This document shows positions 10,601-25,623 of a stretch of DNA of 64,000 bases, in pieces. Each line of letters opens with the position of its first letter. Position 1 is the stretch's first letter. Source of the stretch: Auanema rhodensis (Eukaryota > Animalia > Nematoda). The notes beneath the pieces were generated by a model. It worked only from the letters and a program-made list of their open reading frames with translations. It was not told where the DNA came from and did not search any database. Position numbers and translations under genes: made by a program. The stretch covers positions 186,001 through 250,000 of the forward strand of contig OZ059897.1 of assembly GCA_964057225.1 (NCBI GenBank). The letters run 5' to 3'.

Positions 10601-13600
10601 TGTCAAAATGTTTTTGGAAGCATTGTTGAGTGTACATGGAAACTCAACATACACTAATGCATCATTTTTCAAAGGATCATAACTAATTTTTGTATTAAGC
10701 GTTTCTCAATGTAGTATAGTGCATTCGATGCGGATTTTTAAGCTGCGTCGATCTGTGTTATCAGATTTGCGCTAGCTTAAAAATGCACCGAGATATCAAC
10801 TGATATAAGTTCACACTTATATCCTCGATTTTCACCCTGAAGAATTAATTTTTTCGTTGAATAACATTGTCCATCGTCTTTGCCTTGAAAAATGGAATCT
10901 AAAAACATCTACTTTTTGCTAAATTATTCTGAAATTTTTCGAAAAAATTTTTGTCAAAATGTTTTTGGAAGCAATGTTGAGTGTACATGGAAACTCAACA
11001 TACACTAATGCATCATTTTTCAAACGATCATAACTAATTTTTGTATCAAGCGTTTCTCAATGTAGTTTAGTGCATTCGATGCGGATTTTTAAGCTGCGTC
11101 GATCTGTGTTATCAGATTTGCGCTAGCTTAAAAATGCACCGAGATATCAACTGATATATGTTCACACTTATATCCTCGATTTTCACCCTGAAGAATTAAT
11201 TTTTTCGTTGAATAACATTGTCCATCGTCTTTGCCTTAAATAAAGGAATCTAAAAACAGCTACTTTTTGCTAAATTATTTTGAAATTTTTCGAAAAAATT
11301 TTTGTCAAAATGTTTTTGGAAGCATTGTTGAGTGTACATGGAAACTCAACATACACTAATGCATCATTTTTCAAACGATCATAACTAATTTTTGTATTAA
11401 GCGTTTCTCAATGTAGTATAGTGCATTCGATGCGGATTTTTAAGCTGCGTCGATCTCTGTTATCAGATTTGCGCTAGCTTAAAAATGCACCGAGATATCA
11501 ACTGATATAAGTTCACACTTATATCCTCGATTTTCACCCTGAAGGAATAATTTTTTCGTTGAATAACATTGTCCATCATCTTTGCCTTGAAAAAAGGAAT
11601 CTAAAAACATCTACTTTTTGCTAAATTATTTTGAAATTTTTCGAAAAAATTTTTGTCAAAATGTTTTTGGAAGCAATGTTGAGTGTACATGGAAACTCAA
11701 CATACACTAATGTATCATTTTTCAAACGATCATAACTAATTTTTGTATTAAGCGTTTCTTAATGTAGTATAGTGCATTCGATGCGGATTTTTAAGCTGCG
11801 TCGATCTGTGTTATCAGATTTGCGCTAGCTTAAAAATGCACCGAGATATCAACTGATATAAGTTCACACCTATATCCTCGATTTTCACCCTGAAGAATTA
11901 ATTTTTTCGTTGAATAACATTGTCCATCGTCTTTGCCTTGAATAAAAGAATCTAAAAACATCTACTTTTTGCTAAATTATTTTGAAATTTTTCGAAAAAA
12001 TTTTTGTCAAAATGTTTTTGGAAGCAATGTTGAGTGTACATGGAAACTCAACATACACTAATGCATCATTTTTCAAACGATTATAACTAATTTTTGTATT
12101 AAGCGTTTCTCAATGTAGTATAGTGCATTCGATGCGGATTTTTAAGCTGCGTCGAACTGTGTTATCAGATTTGCGCTAGCTTAAAAATGCACCGAGATAT
12201 CAACTGATAAAAGTTCACACATATATCCTCGATTTTCACCCTGAAGAATTAATTTTTTCGTTGAATAACATTGTCCATCGTCTTTGCCTTGAAAAATGGA
12301 ATCTAAAAACATCTACTTTTTGCTAAATTATTCTGAAATTTTTCGAAAAAATTTTTGTCAAAATGTTTTTGGAAGCATTGTTGAGTGTACATGGAAACTC
12401 AACATACACTAATGCATCATTTTTCAAAGGATCATAACTAATTTTTGTATTAAGCGTTTCTCAATGTAGTATAGTGCATTCGATGCGGATTTTTAAGCTG
12501 CGTCGATCTGTGTTATCAGATTTGCGCTAGCTTAAAAATGCACCGATATATCAACTGATATATGTTCACACTTATATCCTCGATTTTCACCCTGAAGAAT
12601 TAATTTTTTCGTTGAATAACATTGTCCATCGTCTTTGCCTTAAATAAAGGAATCTAAAAACATCTACTTTTTGCTAAATTATTTTGAAATTTTTCGAAAA
12701 AATTTTTGTCAAAATGTTTTTGGAAGCAATGTTGAGTGTACATGGAAACTCAACATACACTAATGCATCATTTTTCAAACGATCATAACTAATTTTTGTA
12801 TTAAGCGTTTCTCAATGTAGTATAGTGCATTCGATGCGGATTTTTAAGCTGCGTCGATCTGTGTTATCAGATTTGCGCTAGCTTAAAAATGCACCGAGAT
12901 ATCAACTGATATAAGTTCACACTTATATCCTCGATTTTCACCCTGAAGAAATAATTTTTTCGTTGAATAACATTGTCCATCGTCTTTGCCTTGAAAAATG
13001 GAATCTAAAAACATCTACTTTTTGCTAAATTATTCTGAAATTTTTCGAAAAAATTTTTGTCAAAATGTTTTTGGAAGCATTGTTGAGTGTACATGGAAAC
13101 TCAACATACACTAATGCATCATTTTTCAAAGGATCATAACTAATTTTTGTATTAAGCGTTTCTCAATGTAGTATAGTGCATTCGATGCGGATTTTTAAGC
13201 TGCGTCGATCTGTGTTATCAGATTTGCGCTAGCTTAAAAATGCACCGAGATATCAACTGATATAAGTTCACACTTATATCCTCGATTTTCACCCTGAAGA
13301 AATAATTTTTTCGTTGAATAACATTGTCCATCGTCTTTGCCTTGAAAAATGGAATCTAAAAACATCTACTTTTTGCTAAATTATTCTGAAATTTTTCGAA
13401 AAAATTTTTGTCAAAATGTTTTTGGAAGCAATGTTGAGTGTACATGGAAACTCAACATACACTAATGCATCATTTTTCAAACGATCATAACTAATTTTTG
13501 TATCAAGCGTTTCTCAATGTAGTTTAGTGCATTCGATGCGGATTTTTAAGCTGCGTCGATCTGTGTTATCAGATTTGCGCTAGCTTAAAAATGCACTGAG

Positions 13601-13689
13601 ATATCAACTGATATAAGTGCACACTTATATCCTCGATTTTCACCCTGAAGGAATAATTTTTTCGTTGAATAACATTGTCCATCGTCTTT

Positions 13690-16600
13690 GCCTTGAAAAA
13701 TGGAATCTAAAAACATCTACTTTTTGCTAAATTATTTTGAAATTTTTCGAAAAAATTTTTGTCAAAATGTTTTTGGAAGCAATGTTGAGTGTACATGGAA
13801 ACTCAACATACACTAATGCATCATTTTTCAAACGATCATAACTAATTTTTGTATTAAGCGTTTCTCAATGTAGTATAGTGCATTCGATGCGGATTTTTAA
13901 GCTGCGTCGTTCTGTGTTATCAGATTTGCGCTAGCTTAAAAATGCACCGAGATATCAACTGATATATGTTCACACTTATATCCTCGATTTTCACCCTGAA
14001 GAATTAATTTTTTCGTTGAATAACATTGTCCATCGTCTTTGCCTTAAATAAAGGAATCTAAAAACAGCTACTTTTTGCTAAATTATTTTGAAATTTTTCG
14101 AAAAAATTTTTGTCAAAATGTTTTTGGAAGCAATGTTGAGTGTACATGGAAACTCAACATACACTAATGCATCATTTTTCAAACGATCATAACTAATTTT
14201 TGTATTAAGCGTTTCTCAATGTAGTATAGTGCATTCGATGCGGATTTTTAAGCTGCGTCGATCTGTGTTATCAGATTTGCGCTAGCTTAGAAATGCACCG
14301 AGATATCAACTGATATAAGTTCACACTTATATCCTCGATTTTCACCCTGAAGGAATGATTTTTTCGTTGAATAACATTGTCCATCGTCTTTGCCTTGAAA
14401 AAAGGAATCTAAAAACATCTACTTTTTGCTAAATTATTTTGAAATTTCTCGAAAAAATTTTTGTCAAAATGTTTTTGGAAGCAATGTTGAGTGTACATGG
14501 AAACTCAACATACACTAATGCATCATTTTTCAAACGATCATAACTAATTTTTGTATTAAGCGTTTCTCAATGTAGTATAGTGCATTCGATGCGGATTTTT
14601 AAGCTGCGTCGTTCTGTGTTATCAGATTTGCGCTAGCTTAAAAATGCACCGAGATATCAACTGATATATGTTCACACTTATATCCTCGATTTTCACCCTG
14701 AAGAATTAATTTTTTCGTTGAATAACATTGTCCATCGTCTTTGCCTTAAATAAAGGAATCTAAAAACAGCTACTTTTTGCTAAATTATTTTGAAATTTTT
14801 CGAAAAAATTTTTGTCAAAATGTTTTTGGAAGCAATGTTGAGTGTACATGGAAACTCAACATACACTAATGCATCATTTTTCAAACGATCATAACTAATT
14901 TTTGTATTAAGCGTTTCTCAATGTAGTATAGTGCATTCGATGCGGATTTTTAAGCTGCGTCGATCTGTGTTATCAGATTTGCGCTAGCTTAGAAATGCAC
15001 CGAGATATCAACTGATATAAGTTCACACTTATATCCTCGATTTTCACCCTGAAGGAATGATTTTTTCGTTGAATAACATTGTCCATCGTCTTTGCCTTGA
15101 AAAAAGGAATCTAAAAACATCTACTTTTTGCTAAATTATTTTGAAATTTCTCGAAAAAATTTTTGTCAAAATGTTTTTGGAAGCATTGTTGAGTGTACAT
15201 GGAAACTCAACATACACTAATGCATCATTTTTCAAACGATCATAACTAATTTTTGTATTAAGCGTTTCTCAATGTAGTATAGTGCATTCGATGCGGATTT
15301 TTAAGCTGCGTCGATCTGTGTTATCAGATTTGCGCTAGCTTAAAAATGCACCGAGATATCAACTGATATATGTTCACACTTATATCCTCGATTTTCACCC
15401 TGAAGAATTAATTTTTTCGTTGAATAACATTGTCCATCGTCTTTGCCTTAAATAAAGGAATCTAAAAACAGCTACTTTTTGCTAAATTATTTTGAAATTT
15501 TTCGAAAAAATTTTTGTCAAAATGTTTTTGGAAGCAATGTTGAGTGTACATGGAAACTCAACATACACTAATGCATCATTTTTCAAACGATCATAACTAA
15601 TTTTTGTATTAAGCGTTTCTCAATGTAGTATAGTGCATTCGATGCGGATTTTTAAGCTGCGTCGATCTGTGTTATCAGATTTGCGCTAGCTTAGAAATGC
15701 ACCGAGATATCAACTGATATAAGTTCACACTTATATCCTCGATTTTCACCCTGAAGGAATAATTTTTTCGTTGAATAACATTGTCCATCGTCTTTGCCTT
15801 GAGAAAAGGAATCTAAAAACATCTACTTTTTGCTAAATTATTTTGAAATTTTTCGAAAAAATTTTTGTCAAAATGTTTTTGGAAGCATTGTTGAGTGTAC
15901 ATGGAAACTCAACATACACTAATGCATCATTTTTCAAACGATCATAACTAATTTTTGTATTAAGCGTTTCTCAATGTAGTATAGTGCATTCGATGCGGAT
16001 TTTTAAGCTGCGTCGATCTGTGTTATCAGATTTGCGCTAGCTTAAAAATGCACCGAGATATCAACTGATATATGTTCACACTTATATCCTCGATTTTCAC
16101 CCTGAAGAATTAATTTTTTCGTTGAATAACATTGTCCATCGTCTTTGCCTTAAATGAAGGAATCTAAAAACAGCTACTTTTTGCTAAATTATTTTGAAAT
16201 TTTTCGAAAAAATTTTTGTCAAAATGTTTTTGGAAGCAATGTTGAGTGTACATGGAAACTCAACATACACTAATGCATCATTTTTCAAACGATCATAACT
16301 AATTTTTGTATTAAGCGTTTCTCAATGTAGTATAGTGCATTCGATGCGGATTTTTAAGCTGCGTCGATCTGTGTTATCAGATTTGCGCTAGCTTAGAAAT
16401 GCACCGAGATATCAACTGATATATGTTCACACTTATATCCTCGATTTTCACCCTGAAGAATTAATTTTTTCGTTGAATAACATTGTCCATCGTCTTTGCC
16501 TTAAATAAAGGAATCTAAAAACAGCTACTTTTTGCTAAATTATTTTGAAATTTTTCGAAAAAATTTTTGTCAAAATGTTTTTGGAAGCAATGTTGAGTGT

Positions 16601-19600
16601 ACATGGAAACTCAACATACACTAATGCATCATTTTTCAAACGATCATAACTAATTTTTGTATTAAGCGTTTCTCAATGTAGTATAGTGCATTCGATGCGG
16701 ATTTTTAAGCTGCGTCGATCTGTGTTATCAGATTTGCGCTAGCTTAGAAATGCACCGAGATATCAACTGATATAAGTTCACACTTATATCCTCGATTTTC
16801 ACCCTGAAGAATTAATTTTTTCGTTGAATAACATTGTCCATCGTCTTTGCCTTAAATGAAGGAATCTAAAAACAGCTACTTTTTGCTAAATTATTTTGAA
16901 ATTTTTCGAAAAAATTTTTGTCAAAATGTTTTTGGAAGCAATGTTGAGTGTACATGGAAACTCAACATACACTAATGCATCATTTTTCAAACGATCATAA
17001 CTAATTTTTGTATTAAGCGTTTCTCAATGTAGTATAGTGCATTCGATGCGGATTTTTAAGCTGCGTCGATCTGTGTTATCAGATTTGCGCTAGCTTAGAA
17101 ATGCACCGAGATATCAACTGATATAAGTTCACACTTATATCCTCGATTTTCACCCTGAAGGAATAATTTTTTCGTTGAATAACATTGTCCATCGTCTTTG
17201 CCTTGAAAAAAGGAATCTAAAAACATCTACTTTTTGCTAAATTATTTTGAAATTTTTCGAAAAAATTTTTGTCAAAATGTTTTTGGAAGCATTGTTGAGT
17301 GTACATGGAAACTCAACATACACTAATGCATCATTTTTCAAACGATCATAACTAATTTTTGTATTAAGCGTTTCTCAATGTAGTATAGTGCATTCGATGC
17401 GGATTTTTAAGCTGCGTCGATCTCTGTTATCAGATTTGCGCTAGCTTAAAAATGCACCGAGATATCAACTGATATAAGTTCACACTTATATCCTCGATTT
17501 TCACCCTGAAGGAATAATTTTTTCGTTGAATAACATTGTCCATCATCTTTGCCTTGAAAAAAGGAATCTAAAAACATCTACTTTTTGCTAAATTATTTTG
17601 AAATTTTTCGAAAAAATTTTTGTCAAAATGTTTTTGGAAGCAATGTTGAGTGTACATGGAAACTCAACATACACTAATGCATCATTTTTCAAACGATCAT
17701 AACTAATTTTTGTATTAAGCGTTTCTCAATGTACTATAGTGCATTCGATGCGGATTTTTAAGCTGCGTCGATCTGTGTTATCAGATTTGCGCTAGCTTAG
17801 AAATGCACCGAGATATCAACTGATATAAGTTCACACTTATATCCTCGATTTTCACCCTGAAGGAATAATTTTTTCGTTGAATAACATTGTCCATCGTCTT
17901 TGCCTTGAAAAAAGGAATCTAAAAACATCTACTTTTTGCTAAATTATTTTGAAATTTTTCGAAAAAATTTTTGTCAAAATGTTTTTGGAAGCATTGTTGA
18001 GTGTACATGGAAACTCAACATACACTAATGCATCATTTTTCAAACGATCATAACTAATTTTTGTATTAAGCGTTTTTCAATGTAGTATAGTGCATTCGAT
18101 GCGGATTTTTAAGCTGCGTCGATCTCTGTTATCAGATTTGCGCTAGCTTAAAAATGCACCGAGATATCAACTGATATAAGTTCACACTTATATCCTCGAT
18201 TTTCACCCTGAAGGAATAATTTTTTCGTTGAATAACATTGTCCATCATCTTTGCCTTGAAAAAAGGAATCTAAAAACATCTACTTTTTGCTAAATTATTT
18301 TGAAATTTTTCGAAAAAATTTTTGTCAAAATGTTTTTGGAAGCAATGTTGAGTGTACATGGAAACTCAACATACACTAATGCATCATTTTTCAAACGATC
18401 ATAACTAATTTTTGTATTAAGCGTTTCTCAATGTACTATAGTGCATTCGATGCGGATTTTTAAGCTGCGTCGATCTGTGTTATCAGATTTGCGCTAGCTT
18501 AGAAATGCACCGAGATATCAACTGATATAAGTTCACACTTATATCCTCGATTTTCACCCTGAAGGAATAATTTTTTCGTTGAATAACATTGTCCATCGTC
18601 TTTGCCTTGAAAAAAGGAATCTAAAAACATCTACTTTTTGCTAAATTATTTTGAAATTTTTCGAAAAAATTTTTGTCAAAATGTTTTTGGAAGCATTGTT
18701 GAGTGTACATGGAAACTCAACATACACTAATGCATCATTTTTCAAACGATCATAACTAATTTTTGTATTAAGCGTTTCTCAATGTAGTATAGTGCATTCG
18801 ATGCGGATTTTTAAGCTGCGTCGATCTCTGTTATCAGATTTGCGCTAGCTTAAAAATGCACCGAGATATCAACTGATATAAGTTCACACTTATATCCTCG
18901 ATTTTCACCCTGAAGGAATAATTTTTTCGTTGAATAACATTGTCCATCATCTTTGCCTTGAAAAAAGGAATCTAAAAACATCTACTTTTTGCTAAATTAT
19001 TTTGAAATTTTTCGAAAAAATTTTTGTCAAAATGTTTTTGGAAGCAATGTTGAGTGTACATGGAAACTCAACATACACTAATGCATCATTTTTCAAACGA
19101 TCATAACTAATTTTTGTATTAAGCCTTTCTCAATGTAGTATAGTGCATTCGATGCGGATTTTTAAGCTGCGTCGATCTCTGTTATCAGATTTGCGCTAGC
19201 TTAAAAATGCACCGAGATATCAACTGATATAAGTTCACACTTATATCCTCGATTTTCACCCTGAAGAATTAATTTTTTCGTTGAATAACATTGTCCATCG
19301 TCTTTGCCTTGAATAAAGGAATCTAAAAACATCTACTTTTTGCTAAATTATTTTGAAATTTTTCGAAAAAATTTTTGTCAAAATGTTTTTGGAAGCAATG
19401 TTGAGTGTACATGGAAACTCAACATACACTAATGCATCATTTTTCAAACGATCATAACTAATTTTTGTATTAAGCGTTTCTCAATGTAGTATAGTGCATT
19501 CGATGCGCATTTTCAAACTGCGTCGATCTGTGTTATCAGATTTGCGCTAGCTTAAAAATGCACCGAGATATCAACTGATATAAGTTCACACATATATCCT

Positions 19601-22600
19601 CGATTTTCACCCTGAAGAATTAATTTTTTCGTTGAATAACATTGTCCATCGTCTTTGCCTTGAAAAATGGAATCTAAAAACATCTACTTTTTGCTAAATT
19701 ATTTTGAAATTTTTCGAAAAAATTTTTGTCAAAATGTTTTTGGAAGCATTGTTGAGTGTACATGGAAACTCAACATACACTAATGCATCATTTTTCAAAC
19801 GATCATAACTAATTTTTGTATTAAGCGTTTCTCAATGTAGTATAGTGCATTCGATGCGGATTTTTAAGCTGCGTCGATCTGTGTTATCAGATTTGCGCTA
19901 GCTTAGAAATGCACCGAGATATCAACTGATATAAGTTCACACTTATATCCTCGATTTTCACCCTGAAGGAATAATTTTTTCGTTGAATAACATTGTCCAT
20001 CGTCTTTGCCTTGAAAAAAGGAATCTAAAAACATCTACTTTTTGCTAAATTATTTTGAAATTTTTCGAAAAAATTTTTGTCAAAATGTTTTTGGAAGCAT
20101 TGTTGAGTGTACATGGAAACTCAACATACACTAATGCATCATTTTTCAAACGATCATAACTAATTTTTGTATTAAGCGTTTCTCAATGTAGTATAGTGCA
20201 TTCGATGCGGATTTTTAAGCTGCGTCGTTCTGTGTTATCAGATTTGCGCTAGCTTAAAAATGCACCGAGATATCAACTGATATATGTTCACACTTATATC
20301 CTCGATTTTCACCCTGAAGAATTAATTTTTTCGTTGAATAACATTGTCCATCGTCTTTGCCTTAAATAAAGGAATCTAAAAACAGCTACTTTTTGCTAAA
20401 TTATTTTGAAATTTTTCGAAAAAATTTTTGTCAAAATGTTTTTGGAAGCAATGTTGAGTGTACATGGAAACTCAACATACACTAATGCATCATTTTTCAA
20501 ACGATCATAACTAATTTTTGTATTAAGCGTTTCTCAATGTAGTATAGTGCATTCGATGCGGATTTTTAAGCTGCGTCGATCTGTGTTATCAGATTTGCGC
20601 TAGCTTAGAAATGCACCGAGATATCAACTGATATAAGTTCACACTTATATCCTCGATTTTCACCCTGAAGGAATGATTTTTTCGTTGAATAACATTGTCC
20701 ATCGTCTTTGCCTTGAAAAAAGGAATCTAAAAACATCTACTTTTTGCTAAATTATTTTGAAATTTCTCGAAAAAATTTTTGTCAAAATGTTTTTGGAAGC
20801 ATTGTTGAGTGTACATGGAAACTCAACATACACTAATGCATCATTTTTCAAACGATCATAACTAATTTTTGTATTAAGCGTTTCTCAATGTAGTATAGTG
20901 CATTCGATGCGGATTTTTAAGCTGCGTCGATCTGTGTTATCAGATTTGCGCTAGCTTAAAAATGCACCGAGATATCAACTGATATATGTTCACACTTATA
21001 TCCTCGATTTTCACCCTGAAGAATTAATTTTTTCGTTGAATAACATTGTCCATCGTCTTTGCCTTAAATAATGGAATCTAAAAACAGCTACTTTTTGCTA
21101 AATTATTTTGAAATTTTTCGAAAAAATTTTTGTCAAAATGTTTTTGGAAGCAATGTTGAGTGTACATGGAAACTCAACATACACTAATGCATCATTTTTC
21201 AAACGATCATAACTAATTTTTGTATTAAGCGTTTCTCAATGTAGTATAGTGCATTCGATGCGGATTTTTAAGCTGCGTCGATCTGTGTTATCAGATTTGC
21301 GCTAGCTTAGAAATGCACCGAGATATCAACTGATATAAGTTCACACTTATATCCTCGATTTTCACCCTGAAGGAATAATTTTTTCGTTGAATAACATTGT
21401 CCATCGTCTTTGCCTTGAGAAAAGGAATCTAAAAACATCTACTTTTTGCTAAATTATTTTGAAATTTTTCGAAAAAATTTTTGTCAAAATGTTTTTGGAA
21501 GCATTGTTGAGTGTACATGGAAACTCAACATACACTAATGCATCATTTTTCAAACGATCATAACTAATTTTTGTATTAAGCCTTTCTCAATGTAGTATAG
21601 TGCATTCGATGCGGATTTTTAAGCTGCGTCGATCTGTGTTATCAGATTTGCGCTAGCTTAAAAATGCACCGAGATATCAACTGATATATGTTCACACTTA
21701 TATCCTCGATTTTCACCCTGAAGAATTAATTTTTTCGTTGAATAACATTGTCCATCGTCTTTGCCTTAAATGAAGGAATCTAAAAACAGCTACTTTTTGC
21801 TAAATTATTTTGAAATTTTTCGAAAAAATTTTTGTCAAAATGTTTTTGGAAGCAATGTTGAGTGTACATGGAAACTCAACATACACTAATGCATCATTTT
21901 TCAAACGATCATAACTAATTTTTGTATTAAGCGTTTCTCAATGTAGTATAGTGCATTCGATGCGGATTTTTAAGCTGCGTCGATCTGTGTTATCAGATTT
22001 GCGCTAGCTTAGAAATGCACCGAGATATCAACTGATATAAGTTCACACTTATATCCTCGATTTTCACCCTGAAGGAATAATTTTTTCGTTGAATAACATT
22101 GTCCATCGTCTTTGCCTTGAAAAAAGGAATCTAAAAACATCTACTTTTTGCTAAATTATTTTGAAATTTTTCGAAAAAATTTTTGTCAAAATGTTTTTGG
22201 AAGCATTGTTGAGTGTACATGGAAACTCAACATACACTAATGCATCATTTTTCAAACGATCATAACTAATTTTTGTATTAAGCGTTTCTCAATGTAGTAT
22301 AGTGCATTCGATGCGGATTTTTAAGCTGCGTCGATCTGTGTTATCAGATTTGCGCTAGCTTAGAAATGCACCGAGATATCAACTGATATAAGTTCACACT
22401 TATATCCTCGATTTTCACCCTGAAGGAATAATTTTTTCGTTGAATAACATTGTCCATCGTCTTTGCCTTGAGAAAAGGAATCTAAAAACATCTACTTTTT
22501 GCTAAATTATTTTGAAATTTTTCGAAAAAATTTTTGTCAAAATGTTTTTGGAAGCATTGTTGAGTGTACATGGAAACTCAACATACACTAATGCATCATT

Positions 22601-25600
22601 TTTCAAACGATCATAACTAATTTTTGTATTAAGCCTTTCTCAATGTAGTATAGTGCATTCGATGCGGATTTTTAAGCTGCGTCGATCTGTGTTATCAGAT
22701 TTGCGCTAGCTTAAAAATGCACCGAGATATCAACTGATATATGTTCACACTTATATCCTCGATTTTCACCCTGAAGAATTAATTTTTTCGTTGAATAACA
22801 TTGTCCATCGTCTTTGCCTTAAATGAAGGAATCTAAAAACAGCTACTTTTTGCTAAATTATTTTGAAATTTTTCGAAAAAATTTTTGTCAAAATGTTTTT
22901 GGAAGCAATGTTGAGTGTACATGGAAACTCAACATACACTAATGCATCATTTTTCAAACGATCATAACTAATTTTTGTATTAAGCGTTTCTCAATGTAGT
23001 ATAGTGCATTCGATGCGGATTTTTAAGCTGCGTCGATCTGTGTTATCAGATTTGCGCTAGCTTAGAAATGCACCGAGATATCAACTGATATAAGTTCACA
23101 CTTATATCCTCGATTTTCACCCTGAAGGAATAATTTTTTCGTTGAATAACATTGTCCATCGTCTTTGCCTTGAAAAAAGGAATCTAAAAACATCTACTTT
23201 TTGCTAAATTATTTTGAAATTTTTCGAAAAAATTTTTGTCAAAATGTTTTTGGAAGCATTGTTGAGTGTACATGGAAACTCAACATACACTAATGCATCA
23301 TTTTTCAAACGATCATAACTAATTTTTGTATTAAGCGTTTCTCAATGTAGTATAGTGCATTCGATGCGGATTTTTAAGCTGCGTCGATCTCTGTTATCAG
23401 ATTTGCGCTAGCTTAAAAATGCACCGAGATATCAACTGATATAAGTTCACACTTATATCCTCGATTTTCACCCTGAAGGAATAATTTTTTCGTTGAATAA
23501 CATTGTCCATCATCTTTGCCTTGAAAAAAGGAATCTAAAAACATCTACTTTTTGCTAAATTATTTTGAAATTTTTCGAAAAAATTTTTGTCAAAATGTTT
23601 TTGGAAGCAATGTTGAGTGTACATGGAAACTCAACATACACTAATGCATCATTTTTCAAACGATCATAACTAATTTTTGTATTAAGCGTTTCTCAATGTA
23701 CTATAGTGCATTCGATGCGGATTTTTAAGCTGCGTCGATCTGTGTTATCAGATTTGCGCTAGCTTAGAAATGCACCGAGATATCAACTGATATAAGTTCA
23801 CACTTATATCCTCGATTTTCACCCTGAAGGAATAATTTTTTCGTTGAATAACATTGTCCATCGTCTTTGCCTTGAAAAAAGGAATCTAAAAACATCTACT
23901 TTTTGCTAAATTATTTTGAAATTTTTCGAAAAAATTTTTGTCAAAATGTTTTTGGAAGCATTGTTGAGTGTACATGGAAACTCAACATACACTAATGCAT
24001 CATTTTTCAAACGATCATAACTAATTTTTGTATTAAGCGTTTTTCAATGTAGTATAGTGCATTCGATGCGGATTTTTAAGCTGCGTCGATCTCTGTTATC
24101 AGATTTGCGCTAGCTTAAAAATGCACCGAGATATCAACTGATATAAGTTCACACTTATATCCTCGATTTTCACCCTGAAGGAATAATTTTTTCGTTGAAT
24201 AACATTGTCCATCATCTTTGCCTTGAAAAAAGGAATCTAAAAACATCTACTTTTTGCTAAATTATTTTGAAATTTTTCGAAAAAATTTTTGTCAAAATGT
24301 TTTTGGAAGCAATGTTGAGTGTACATGGAAACTCAACATACACTAATGCATCATTTTTCAAACGATCATAACTAATTTTTGTATTAAGCGTTTCTCAATG
24401 TACTATAGTGCATTCGATGCGGATTTTTAAGCTGCGTCGATCTGTGTTATCAGATTTGCGCTAGCTTAGAAATGCACCGAGATATCAACTGATATAAGTT
24501 CACACTTATATCCTCGATTTTCACCCTGAAGGAATAATTTTTTCGTTGAATAACATTGTCCATCGTCTTTGCCTTGAAAAAAGGAATCTAAAAACATCTA
24601 CTTTTTGCTAAATTATTTTGAAATTTTTCGAAAAAATTTTTGTCAAAATGTTTTTGGAAGCATTGTTGAGTGTACATGGAAACTCAACATACACTAATGC
24701 ATCATTTTTCAAACGATCATAACTAATTTTTGTATTAAGCGTTTCTCAATGTAGTATAGTGCATTCGATGCGGATTTTTAAGCTGCGTCGATCTCTGTTA
24801 TCAGATTTGCGCTAGCTTAAAAATGCACCGAGATATCAACTGATATAAGTTCACACTTATATCCTCGATTTTCACCCTGAAGGAATAATTTTTTCGTTGA
24901 ATAACATTGTCCATCATCTTTGCCTTGAAAAAAGGAATCTAAAAACATCTACTTTTTGCTAAATTATTTTGAAATTTTTCGAAAAAATTTTTGTCAAAAT
25001 GTTTTTGGAAGCAATGTTGAGTGTACATGGAAACTCAACATACACTAATGCATCATTTTTCAAACGATCATAACTAATTTTTGTATTAAGCCTTTCTCAA
25101 TGTAGTATAGTGCATTCGATGCGGATTTTTAAGCTGCGTCGATCTCTGTTATCAGATTTGCGCTAGCTTAAAAATGCACCGAGATATCAACTGATATAAG
25201 TTCACACTTATATCCTCGATTTTCACCCTGAAGAATTAATTTTTTCGTTGAATAACATTGTCCATCGTCTTTGCCTTGAATAAAGGAATCTAAAAACATC
25301 TACTTTTTGCTAAATTATTTTGAAATTTTTCGAAAAAATTTTTGTCAAAATGTTTTTGGAAGCAATGTTGAGTGTACATGGAAACTCAACATACACTAAT
25401 GCATCATTTTTCAAACGATCATAACTAATTTTTGTATTAAGCGTTTCTCAATGTAGTATAGTGCATTCGATGCGCATTTTCAAACTGCGTCGATCTGTGT
25501 TATCAGATTTGCGCTAGCTTAAAAATGCACCGAGATATCAACTGATATAAGTTCACACATATATCCTCGATTTTCACCCTGAAGAATTAATTTTTTCGTT

Positions 25601-25623
25601 GAATAACATTGTCCATCGTCTTT
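13690..25623 (+). repeat. Sub-domain B (monomers 40-73): mostly dimeric (702-bp) higher-order pattern marked by A250G, T27G and G184C
   Basis: AGCTTAGAAATG (A250G) occurs in largely alternating monomers from 14290 onward (41, 43, 45, 47-49, 51, 53, 57, 59, 61, 63, 64, 66, 68, 70). T48C and C144G were not seen here. Confidence 0.75.

Larger units (their letters stand above)
1..13689 (+). repeat. Sub-domain A (monomers 1-39): variant set T48C, C144G, T166C+A186T, T222A+C148T, and C59T+G100A
   Basis: ATTCTG, AAAGGATC, GTATCAAG/GTAGTTTAG and GTCGAACTG alleles recur in a repeating 5-8-monomer order. C59T+G100A was seen only in monomers 1, 8, 16, 23 and 25. Confidence 0.75.
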
